A stretch of DNA of 63,285 nt, the filler included, from Guillardia theta CCMP2712 (taxonomy: Eukaryota > Protista > Cryptophyta), in the NCBI RefSeq assembly GCF_000315625.1. It is 3 parts of 3 records of this genome, joined end to end, with 100 filler letters (N's around TTAATTAATTAA, not from the genome) between each part and the next. Parts side by side here need not be neighbours in the genome. Positions count along the whole stretch, not along the records: positions 1 to 29,652 come from NW_005434385.1; 2 more parts are not named here. The stretch is one strand, 5' to 3'. The position numbers and the translations under genes are program-made. Under the pieces are notes generated by a model. The model did not search any database. It was not told the origin of the DNA and saw nothing but the letters and a program-made list of their open reading frames with translations. This document shows positions 1-9,183 of the stretch, piece by piece; positions within the stretch are counted from its first letter, which is position 1, and each line of letters opens with the position of its first letter.

Positions 1-35
1 TGCTCGGCCTCGTTGTGGGCTTTTGCAACTTGATC

Positions 36-350
36 CTAGTCTAAAGAGGCGCTCGAGCACTGGGAGTACACGGCCTACAATGCGAACCCTGCTTCTGAGG
101 CGTCTTTCTACTAGTCTAAAGAGGCGCTCGAGCACTGGGAGTACACGGCCTACAATGCGAACCCTGCTTCTGAGGCGTCTTTCTACTCTCTACTTCTGCT
201 GTCTTCTCTTGGCTTCCTCAGCCTCAGTCAGGAGAGTTGCCTCTCCTCACCTTGGCCTTCGGTCACCACCTACTCGTCCTCCATTCAGCTTCCTCAGCTT
301 CAGTCAGGAGAGTTGCCTCTCCTCACCTTGGCCTTCGGTCGCCTCCTACC
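36..350. repeat. 3' UTR tandem units of copy A: 2 x 75 bp and 2 x 76 bp
   Basis: ctagtctaaagagg... recurs at 36 and 111. ggagagttgcctctcc recurs at 231 and 307. Confidence 0.9.
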
Positions 351-374
351 TTCTCTCCTTACCTTGGGCTCAGC

Positions 375-2522
375 TCAAGCTCGGTACGGGCTCGCCCCGT
401 CTTCTTCCTCGCCCTCGCCTTGCTCTTCCTCCATGTCTTCCTCTTCTTCGCCATCTTCCCTCATCTCCACTCGCAGTCGGTCCTTCTTGTCCACCTTCAG
501 CGAGCAGGCCAGCACATGCATCTCTGCGAATTTACTCAGTGCTATGAACAGGAGGCTAAGAGATCGACGCTCTATGTCGTCGCTCTCCGCCTCCTGCTCA
601 AGCTCAGCAGCTGCCGTTGCCCGTGGCGAGAACGCGCTGCCCCTCCTTGCCTTCTTGCTCTCTCCTTGCACGCGAGTCCAGCGCTTGCTCTGCAGCCACT
701 TCCCCAGCTTCTCCTTGAGCGCGTTGCGTCCCACTCCCTGCTCCTCTGGCATCTTCGCCCACTCTCCCAGCGCCATGAACTCCAGGCTCCCCGGAGAGTA
801 GAACGTGTCGTGGAGGTTGCCAACGGCCTTGTCCAGGACCAGCTTGATCGGCTCGCTCGTCCCTGCCTCGTTCAAAGAAGCTGCATCTTCGATGACTGCT
901 GACAGCTCGCTGACGAGCTGCATGTCCTCTTGGCTTGACGGAGATGCTGCCTCCATTGTGATCCTCTCCAGGTCTGTAAACTCCAGCCACTCTCCCTCGC
1001 TCTCCTCCTGTCGCTGCGCTGCGTCGCTGGTGCCCCGCTGACCAGCCGCCTCAGAGTCAGGCTCCTTGTCGAAGCCGACTGCTTCGAGCTTGGTTGCTGC
1101 GCCTTCGAGATAGAAGGGCAGCTCCTTCATCATGCGTCGAGCATCCTCCGTGGAGCCGAGGAGGATGCATAGCTTGGACCCGTTCCAGGACTTGGTGTTC
1201 AAATCCTCCTCCATGTCGATGCCTTCAACGTTGATCTCGAGCCTGTTAGCGATCTCCAACAAGACTCTCTTGACTCTTGCGATAGACGTGTTGCCGCCGT
1301 TGCACAGCCCCTCCATCTCCTTCCTCGTGAAGCGACCAGATGCCGCCGTCGACTTGATGATGATCTTGATCTCCTTGCCGTCCTTGCCGCCTGCCTTCTT
1401 CTGCATCCTTGATGCCTTCTTCAACTTATTTCTGGACACAAAGCGATCAGCTGTCAACTCGACTGCGAGCGCCTCTCTGATCTTCGGGTCCTCGCTGAAC
1501 AGAGTCAGGTGTACTCCCTCCATCGCTTCGCTCTCTCGGAAAGCTCGAAATGCTGTATCATTCGCCTCTGGGCAGCTCGAGGAGACGATCCACTCCACCT
1601 CCCTCTGTCTCCAGATGACGTTGGCCCCTACAGCGATGAAGCCTTTCTGACCTAAGCCTTTGTGGACTTGCTGTCCTGGCGCCCCAGCGACCAGCATGCC
1701 TGCCAGCGGCTGGAGTTGGACCGCTGCAAGGGACTGGCGCAGCAGCTGATAGCGATAGACGGCAGCTATCTCAGCCGTTGTCATGCCGCCCAAGGTTAGC
1801 AGGTGAGTCAGCTCTGCCAAGCTGCCCCCTTTACCCCAGGGTCCTCTCTTGGCTCGAATCTTGAAAGATCGATCGTGCACGATGCTCACATGTACAGCTG
1901 TGAACTTGCGACCATCGATCGCGAAGTCCTCTCTTCCCTGCCAGAGCTTCTCCGCTTGTGCATTGCGGAGGAAGGAAACAGTCACCGGGATCTCCTCAGC
2001 ACTCGCTATCTCGGGTCTATACGGAGCCTTCCACATGATTGCTTTACTCTCTTGCACTGAGTCTACGATCAGTCCGATCTCTTCAAATTTCTTCTTCAGC
2101 TTTTCTTCATGGTTGACATACACCGAGGAGATGCCCAGGAGAGTCATGGAGATGAAGGGAGTCACCTCGTTGCCTGCTGAGGCGGTGTATGTCTCGACCT
2201 TCTCCTTCTTGGCTTCTTCAATCTGCTGCATAAACCACTCTCTGGATGCGTCACTCCATCCAGTCATCGCTTCTTGCAGAAGCTCACGTCGTGCCTGCTG
2301 ACATGTCGAGCGGATGGCTTCTGCGATAGCGTCGGGGGTGCATCCCTCCACAGCCTTGCAAGCCTGGGCTGTCCTGCTGTTCGGATAACGCTTCGCGAAG
2401 CTCTTCACTCTCTCGACGAGATCAGCTTCGAGGACAGAGGCATCCACAAGTCCGCTCTGCGTGTATTGGCATGATCTCCGATACAGCAGGTTGCGAACAT
2501 TTTCATCATACTGAAGAACCAT
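375..2522 (-). CDS. ORF1/gag-like protein of the telomeric element (~715 aa from first ATG, MVLQYDENV...), with two RRM-like segments and an acidic C-terminus
   Basis: Intronless ORF. ISMTLLGI..EEKLKKKFEEIG..VTVSF..AQAEKLW..FAIDGRKFTAVHV and KLCILLGSTEDARRMMKEL..LEG..KLEAV fit an RRM beta-alpha-beta pattern. No RT (QGD/YxDD) or endonuclease motif seen. Confidence 0.65.
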   Translation of the reverse strand: MVLQYDENVRNLLYRRSCQYTQSGLVDASVLEADLVERVKSFAKRYPNSRTAQACKAVEGCTPDAIAEAIRSTCQQARRELLQEAMTGWSDASREWFMQQIEEAKKEKVETYTASAGNEVTPFISMTLLGISSVYVNHEEKLKKKFEEIGLIVDSVQESKAIMWKAPYRPEIASAEEIPVTVSFLRNAQAEKLWQGREDFAIDGRKFTAVHVSIVHDRSFKIRAKRGPWGKGGSLAELTHLLTLGGMTTAEIAAVYRYQLLRQSLAAVQLQPLAGMLVAGAPGQQVHKGLGQKGFIAVGANVIWRQREVEWIVSSSCPEANDTAFRAFRESEAMEGVHLTLFSEDPKIREALAVELTADRFVSRNKLKKASRMQKKAGGKDGKEIKIIIKSTAASGRFTRKEMEGLCNGGNTSIARVKRVLLEIANRLEINVEGIDMEEDLNTKSWNGSKLCILLGSTEDARRMMKELPFYLEGAATKLEAVGFDKEPDSEAAGQRGTSDAAQRQEESEGEWLEFTDLERITMEAASPSSQEDMQLVSELSAVIEDAASLNEAGTSEPIKLVLDKAVGNLHDTFYSPGSLEFMALGEWAKMPEEQGVGRNALKEKLGKWLQSKRWTRVQGESKKARRGSAFSPRATAAAELEQEAESDDIERRSLSLLFIALSKFAEMHVLACSLKVDKKDRLRVEMREDGEEEEDMEEEQGEGEEEDGASPYRA

Positions 2523-2630
2523 ACTTAGAAAGCTATTTGAAGTATACAAACCTCTCGCTTGCAGCTTCCTTGGCGCCCTGGCGGCTTCCCCTACACCTGA
2601 CGAGGAGCCATGCTGCCGAAAATAACGGCT

Positions 2631-2694
2631 AAAAAAAAAAACCCTAAACCCTAAACCCTAAACCCTAAACCCTAAACCCTAAACCCTAAACCCT
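2631..2694 (+). repeat. Telomeric repeat spacer: A11 followed by (CCCTAAA)7 CCCT
   Basis: Read directly. This is the plant/algal-type TTTAGGG repeat on the minus strand. Confidence 0.97.
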
Positions 2695-5399
2695 ATTATT
2701 ATTATTATTATGTGAGTTTATTAGAATGCTAGAATGTTGCTCGGCCTCGTTGTGGGCTTTTGCAATTTGATCCTAGTCTAAAGAGGCGCTCGAGCACTGG
2801 GAGTACACGGCCTACAATGCGAACCCTGCTTCTGAGGCGTCTTTCTACTCTCTACTTCTGCTGTCTTCTCTTGGCTTCCTCAGCCTCAGTCAGGAGAGTT
2901 GCCTCTCCTCACCTTGGCCTTCGGTCACCACCTACTCTACCTCCATTCAGCTTCCTCAGCCTCAGTCAGGAGAGTTGCCTCTCCTCACCTTGGCCTTCGG
3001 TCGCCACCTACTCGTCCTCCATTCAGCTTCCTCAGCCTCAGTCAGGAGAGTTGCCTCTCCTCACCTTGGCCTTCGGTCGCCTCCTACCTTCTCTCCTTAC
3101 CTTGAGCTCAGCTCAAGCTCGGTACGGGCTCGCCCCGTCTTCTTCCTCGCCCTCGCCTTGCTCTTCCTCCATGTCTTCCTCTTCTTCGCCATCTTCCCTC
3201 ATCTCCACTCGCAGTCGGTCCTTCTTGTCCACCTTCAGCGAGCAGGCCAGCACATGCATCTCTGCGAATTTACTCAGTGCTATGAACAGGAGGCTAAGAG
3301 ATCGACGCTCTATGTCGTCGCTCTCCGCCTCCTGCTCAAGCTCAGCAGCTGCCGTTGCCCGTGGCGAGAACGCGCTGCCCCTCCTTGCCTTCTTGCTCTC
3401 TCCTTGCACGCGAGTCCAGCGCTTGCTCTGCAGCCACTTCCCCAGCTTCTCCTTGAGCGCGTTGCGCCCAACTCCCTGCTCCTCTGGCATCTTCGCCCAC
3501 TCTCCCAGCGACATGAACTCCAGGCTCCCCGGAGAGTAGAACGTGTCGTGGAGGTTGCCAACGGCCTTGTCCAGGACCAGCTTGATCGGCTCGCTCGTCC
3601 CTGCCTCGTTCAAAGAAGCTGCATCTTCGATGACTGCTGACAGCTCGCTGACGAGCTGCATGTCCTCTTGGCTTGACGGAGATGCTGCCTCCATTGTGAT
3701 CCTCTCCAGGTCTGTAAACTCCAGCCACTCTCCCTCGCTCTCCTCCTGTCGCTGCGCTGCGTCGCTGGTGCCCCGCTGACCAGCCGCCTCAGAGTCAGGC
3801 TCCTTGTCGAAGCCGACTGCTTCGAGCTTGGTTGCTGCGCCTTCGAGATAGAAGGGCAGCTCCTTCATCATGCGTCGAGCATCCTCCGTGGAGCCGAGGA
3901 GGATGCATAGCTTGGACCCGTTCCAGGACTTGGTGTTCAAATCCTCCTCCATGTCGATGCCTTCAACGTTGATCTCGAGCCTGTTAGCGATCTCCAACAA
4001 GACTCTCTTGACTCTTGCGATAGACGTGTTGCCGCCGTTGCACAGCCCCTCCATCTCCTTCCTCGTGAAGCGACCAGATGCCGCCGTCGACTTGATGATG
4101 ATCTTGATCTCCTTGCCGTCCTTGCCGCCTGCCTTCTTCTGCATCCTTGATGCCTTCTTCAACTTATTTCTGGACACAAAACGATCAGCTGTCAACTCGA
4201 CTGCGAGCGCCTCTCTGATCTTCGGGTCCTCGCTGAACAGAGTCAGGTGTACTCCCTCCATCGCTTCGCTCTCTCGGAAAGCTCGAAATGCTGTATCATT
4301 CGCCTCTGGGCAGCTCGAGGAGACGATCCACTCCACCTCCCTCTGTCTCCAGATGACGTTGGCCCCTACAGCGATGAAGCCTTTCTGACCTAAGCCTTTG
4401 TGGACTTGCTGTCCTGGCGCCCCAGCGACCAGCATGCCTGCCAGCGGCTGGAGTTGGACCGCTGCAAGGGACTGGCGCAGCAGCTGATAGCGATAGACGG
4501 CAGCTATCTCAGCCGTTGTCATGCCGCCCAAGGTTAGCAGGTGAGTCAGCTCTGCCAAGCTGCCCCCTTTGCCCCAGGGTCCTCTCTTGGCTCGAATCTT
4601 GAAAGATCGATCGTGCACGATGCTCACATGTACAGCTGTGAACTTGCGACCATCGATCGCGAAGTCCTCTCTTCCCTGCCAGAGCTTCTCCGCTTGTGCA
4701 TTGCGGAGGAAGGAAACAGTCACCGGGATCTCCTCAGCACTCGCTATCTCGGGTCTATACGGAGCCTTCCACATGATTGCTTTACTCTCTTGCACTGAGT
4801 CTACGATCAGTCCGATCTCTTCAAATTTCTTCTTCAGCTTTTCTTCATGGTTGACATACACCGAGGAGATGCCCAGGAGAGTCATGGAGATGAAGGAAGT
4901 TACCTCGTTGCCTGCTGAGGCGGTGTATGTCTCGACCTTCTCCTTCTTGGCTTCCTCAATCTGCTGCATAAACCACTCTCTGGATGCGTCACTCCATCCA
5001 GTCATCGCTTCTTGCAGAAGCTCACGTCGTGCCTGCTGACATGTCGAGCGGATGGCTTCTGCGATAGCGTCGGGGGTGCATCCCTCCACAGCCTTGCAAG
5101 CCTGGGCTGTCCTGCTGTTCGGATAACGCTTCGCGAAGCTCTTCACCCTCTCGACGAGATCAGCTTCGAGGACAGAGGCATCCACAAGTCCGCTCTGCGT
5201 GTATTGGCATGATCTCCGATACAGCAGGTTGCGAACATTTTCATCATACTGAAGAACCATACTTAGAAAGCTATTTGAAGTATACAAACCTCTCGCTTGC
5301 AGCTTCCTTGGCGCCCTGGCAGCTTCCCCTACACCACGCGTGCAGCCATGGTGCCTGAAATAACCGGCGCTAGCCATGGTGCCTGAAATAACCGGCGCT
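2695..5399 (-). mobile_element. Telomere-associated non-LTR-like element, complete proximal copy B with (TAA)n 3' tail
   Basis: Flanked on both sides by telomeric repeats. (ATT)5AT at 2695-2711 is the 3' tail. The 3' UTR has 1 x 75 and 3 x 76 bp units. A 28-bp tandem duplication sits at the 5' end (5344-5399). Confidence 0.85.
3113..5377 (-). CDS. ORF1/gag-like RRM-containing protein, copy B (754 aa; the ATG equivalent to copy A is at 5260)
   Basis: Same protein as 375-2522 apart from two visible substitutions (TPF/TSF, MALG/MSLG). Confidence 0.65.
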   Translation of the reverse strand: MASAGYFRHHGCTRGVGEAARAPRKLQARGLYTSNSFLSMVLQYDENVRNLLYRRSCQYTQSGLVDASVLEADLVERVKSFAKRYPNSRTAQACKAVEGCTPDAIAEAIRSTCQQARRELLQEAMTGWSDASREWFMQQIEEAKKEKVETYTASAGNEVTSFISMTLLGISSVYVNHEEKLKKKFEEIGLIVDSVQESKAIMWKAPYRPEIASAEEIPVTVSFLRNAQAEKLWQGREDFAIDGRKFTAVHVSIVHDRSFKIRAKRGPWGKGGSLAELTHLLTLGGMTTAEIAAVYRYQLLRQSLAAVQLQPLAGMLVAGAPGQQVHKGLGQKGFIAVGANVIWRQREVEWIVSSSCPEANDTAFRAFRESEAMEGVHLTLFSEDPKIREALAVELTADRFVSRNKLKKASRMQKKAGGKDGKEIKIIIKSTAASGRFTRKEMEGLCNGGNTSIARVKRVLLEIANRLEINVEGIDMEEDLNTKSWNGSKLCILLGSTEDARRMMKELPFYLEGAATKLEAVGFDKEPDSEAAGQRGTSDAAQRQEESEGEWLEFTDLERITMEAASPSSQEDMQLVSELSAVIEDAASLNEAGTSEPIKLVLDKAVGNLHDTFYSPGSLEFMSLGEWAKMPEEQGVGRNALKEKLGKWLQSKRWTRVQGESKKARRGSAFSPRATAAAELEQEAESDDIERRSLSLLFIALSKFAEMHVLACSLKVDKKDRLRVEMREDGEEEEDMEEEQGEGEEEDGASPYRA

Positions 5400-5432
5400 C
5401 CTAAACCCTAAACCCTAAACCCTAAACCCTAA
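5400..5432 (+). repeat. Innermost telomeric repeat tract, ~4.7 x CCCTAAA
   Basis: Read directly. It marks the junction with unique subtelomeric DNA. Confidence 0.95.
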
Positions 5433-5899
5433 GGATTACCCATCTCTCCATCCTCTGAAGCACCATCAATTACATCCTCGCTGGCTGCGATTGCCTCCTC
5501 GAATTTTCCTCGCAACTTCTTAAACTTCTCTAGAGCATCCTTGAATTTCTTCCCATTCTTCCAAATGTACCCAGCATGCAGAAACAACGCCGTGACCTGA
5601 ATCTTCCACTCCAGCGGTCGGAAGAGAATTTTTCTAGACCTTCTGGAGACGGCTCCCACATTTCATGAAATTCTCCAACAAACGATCCAGTCTCGTCAAT
5701 CGGAAACAAGTCCAACAGTTTTAAGAAACAAGCCCCAAGATTCGGACGAAAACGACTCATGGCACCTGAGAAAGGAAGGAACAGGTCCTCGAGTTTTTCC
5801 TTGGAGGTAACCTTCCCATGCCTTCAGCTTGTCGACCTGAACATCACCATGGCTTCGTTTCAACTCCTCTTGCAGATCTGGCATGCTCATGATCGTCAA
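5433..5899 (-). pseudogene. Frameshifted coding-like relic that runs into the telomeric tract
   Basis: Three overlapping short minus-strand ORFs (5696-5899, 5530-5760, 5429-5659). The stop codon of the last one is supplied by the telomeric TAG. Confidence 0.35.
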
Positions 5900-7167
5900 C
5901 TTGGAGTTACCAATACCGTTCCAAAAAAATGAGTAACAGCGTACAGTACAACAACCAGGAGCCTTAAAGAGCCTTCAAACTCGTTGTCAATTCGACGCAC
6001 AAAGACCAAGAGCCCTTAAACTCGTTGTCCTTGGAATCTTATCGTAGAGTCTTTTTGTATTCCTTTGTTCGTGAATACAAAAAGAAAATTTTCTTTTTGT
6101 ATTGGAATCCATTCCTGACTCCTAGAGTCTGTGCACAGATGAATGACTAGTAGAACAGCTCAACAGCTGACTGATAAGTCCAAAGACCAAGACTCACAGA
6201 TGATGTGCGCACGAAGACACCAATGACTTTCACAGCCAACCAAACACCTCAGATAACTCAGATCAACTTCCCAACAATCCCCAGCACTTTATTCCCAACA
6301 CTCGTAGCAGCAAGACCAACCAAACAGCTTCCCTTCACACACCACCGCCTTACTTCCACCACTGTACGAGTGCTGCCTCTTCGACAGCCGGCGCCTCTTG
6401 ATTCCTCCGGCGCCGCCTCAGCTTCCCCAGGCTCCAACCAACCGGATCTTCTAAGTCACAGACTAAGCTCCAGCCCACTAGCTTGGACCTGCAGGCTTCA
6501 CTTGGTTCACAACCTGATTAGACGCATCCCTTGAACTTATCGCGTCTGAAAGAACTTCTGAGAGGTTTGTCAGAACCTGAGTTCTTACACGCTGATCACG
6601 ATTCCTTTGCAACGGTCACGGTTGGTCAGGACAATTATTATTTTAATACTGTATTGACTGAAAAAGAAAGGCAAACTGGATTTTATTTTTCTGCCGGAAT
6701 CCCTTCGATTTTTTAAAATGAATCCGATCCGTCCGAAAGTTTTCATCGCAACCGTCATATAACGGTTGGAGCTATGGAGCACAAGGACAAGTGTCCGCAC
6801 AGCATGTAGATTCAGATTGGAAAGCAGAGAGGGAGCAGAAGGAAGAAGTGAGCATGAGAGGAGGGGAGGGAGGAGGCATAATGGCAGGGCAGTGGCAGAA
6901 ATTATGTTCTGAAGCACAGAGAGACGAGGTGAGACTGGGGATTGGACGGAAACAGAGATATAGGGAAAGGCAGGTCCGAATAAAAAAGCAACTTGTGTCT
7001 GAGCAGTGAGTGAAGGTCACTAGTATTGGTTTGCAAGATTGAGCATACCAAACAGGTATAGAAGACTGTTGCCAACACGTCTCTCAAGGATTGGTTGTTT
7101 TTTGGGGGAAATAATATGCATCCTTTATAGGAATTGGATCATTGGATTGTTGGAGGCTCACTATAAG

Positions 7168-9003
7168 ATGGCCAAAGACAGCAAAGATCAAAAAGCTCAA
7201 GAATCGGGAAAAGTATCTGATGAAAATGCGAAGGCAGAAAAGCCCGCTGTCCTTATAGACCCTGTTACAGCAGCAATGCTGGGTATTCATCTACTCTTGA
7301 TTTGATTGATCGATCTGACCATCACATGTTTTAGAGTTAAAGAATTCCATGCAGACGATTGACAAAGCTGTCACCTCTAAGGAGAACAGATTTATGTCTC
7401 GAGTGATACGCCAGGTCACCAAGCTACGCCGACTTCTCAGCAAGAAAGTCCTGCTAAAGGCTCTAGAAACTTATGTTTCTCCTGACTCGCCTGTAATCGA
7501 AGGCGTGGTTGCTTTTGTAGAGGGTGTGACAGAAGACGACGTAATGCAAGTTGAAGCTCCTGCTACTGCCTCCCAAGAAATTGAGAAGAATGCCGTCATC
7601 GATAAGAAGGCTGAAGAAGAAAAGAATGCGGAGATCGAGAAGAAAGAGCGAGAGGAAGCTGCTTTCTACAAGAAGATGTTGAGTATCCCAGAAGCAGAGT
7701 CCTTTGTTCAACTCCTCGTGACTATCTATCTGCTCGACAAGAAATATCTTGACAATGCAATCTCCTGTGCATCTTCTTTGATACAACGTGCTCAGTCTTT
7801 CAACAGGAGGTATTTCGTGGAAATTTTCCTTGTCGAAACAATTTTTAATGTGCCCTGCAGGACTATGGATCAAATTTTGTCGAGAGGATACTTTTACTGG
7901 GCAAGGTGCATGGAACTCACAGGAAAATCATCGCAAATCAGAAACGAGTTGCTAGCCGCGTAATGCTCGTTCATCTTTTGCCACAATTCGACTTACTTCA
8001 TACTTCAGGTATAGGACGACGGCTTTGAAGCATGACCAAATTGGACAAGCCACTCTCTTAAACCTTCTCCTACGCAACTATCTGGAGTTCAATCTCTACG
8101 AACAGGCAGATACGCTGATGAGGAAAACTTCGTTTCCGGAGGGAGATGCCTCAAACAACCAGCTTGCAAGATACCTGTACTATACAGGAAGAATCAAGGC
8201 TGTCCAACTTGAATACACCGATGCGTAAAATTCATCGAATGTCGGCGATCGATTCATTCACTGTCTGTTGTAGGTTCTTGAATCTTCAACAAGCCGCAAG
8301 GAAAGCTCCTCAGCAAAGTGCTCTTGGATTCCGAAAAACGGTTTTTTAATATATTTCTGTGCATCGGAATACTTACATAACTATGCAACAGGTTTACAAG
8401 TTTTCAGTAATTGTTCAACTTCTTCTTGGCGAGATTCCAGATCGCTCGACGTTTTCACAGAAAGGAATGATTGCAGCGCTGAAGCCATATCTTCAGATAT
8501 GTCAGGCTGTACGGGTTGGAGATTTGGGGGCATTTCACCGGGCAATGCAAGAGCATGGGGATACTTTCAAGTCTGACAAAACCTACTCGCTCATCGTTCG
8601 TCTCCGCCACAACGTGATCAAGACTGGCCTGAAGAAGATCAATACGGCATATTCGAACATCAGCCTTGAAGATGTCTGCGCCAAGTTGTGTCTCGAGTCC
8701 GTTGAAGACACTAGGTTCATCGTGGCCAAGTGCATCCAGGACGGCGTAATAGACGCAACCATCGACCACGAGACCAACACAATGATGTCCAAGGCTAACT
8801 TGGACATTTACACCACAAGCGAACCTCAGATGCAGCTGCACAAACGAGTGGCGTTCTGCTTGGACATGCACAATCAAGCGGTCAAGGCAATGAGGTATGC
8901 AGAGAATACCAAGACAGAGTGGGAGTCAGCTGAGGAAAGACGCGAGCGCATGAAACAGGAAGAGGAGAGGATGAATAGCATGGATTCGGACGATGATTTC
9001 TGA
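7168..9003 (+). CDS. RPN3: 26S proteasome regulatory lid subunit RPN3/PSMD3 (spliced, ~5 short introns)
   Basis: [53 protein letters not shown] (PCI), [17 protein letters not shown]. First intron is 7283-7334, GT-AG. Confidence 0.95.
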
Positions 9004-9183
9004 GGAGTTGACTGCTACCACTGACGTTCAGGAAGTTAGCAAAGAAGAAGCTCGTGTGAAGGAGAAAGACTCAATAAACTTGATAGCTTCAAAGTTTGCT
9101 TGATCATTTTATAATTCGTCAAAAGGCATTCTGGCCTCGTAACGCACTTGCCATGGAAATGAAGAGATCGAGCTGCCAGTCTC

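Larger units (their letters stand above)
1..2630 (-). mobile_element. Telomere-associated non-LTR-like element, distal copy A (3' tail cut off by window edge)
   Basis: Near-identical to 2738-5399 (offset ~2737). Its 5' end abuts an A11 run plus (CCCTAAA)n at 2631-2694. It has one long minus-strand ORF. Confidence 0.8.

Noticed and set aside
2590-2630. Hammerhead ribozyme core (CTGACGA…GAAA)
   Set aside because: It is antisense to the element, stems I and III cannot be formed, and it is absent from copy B.
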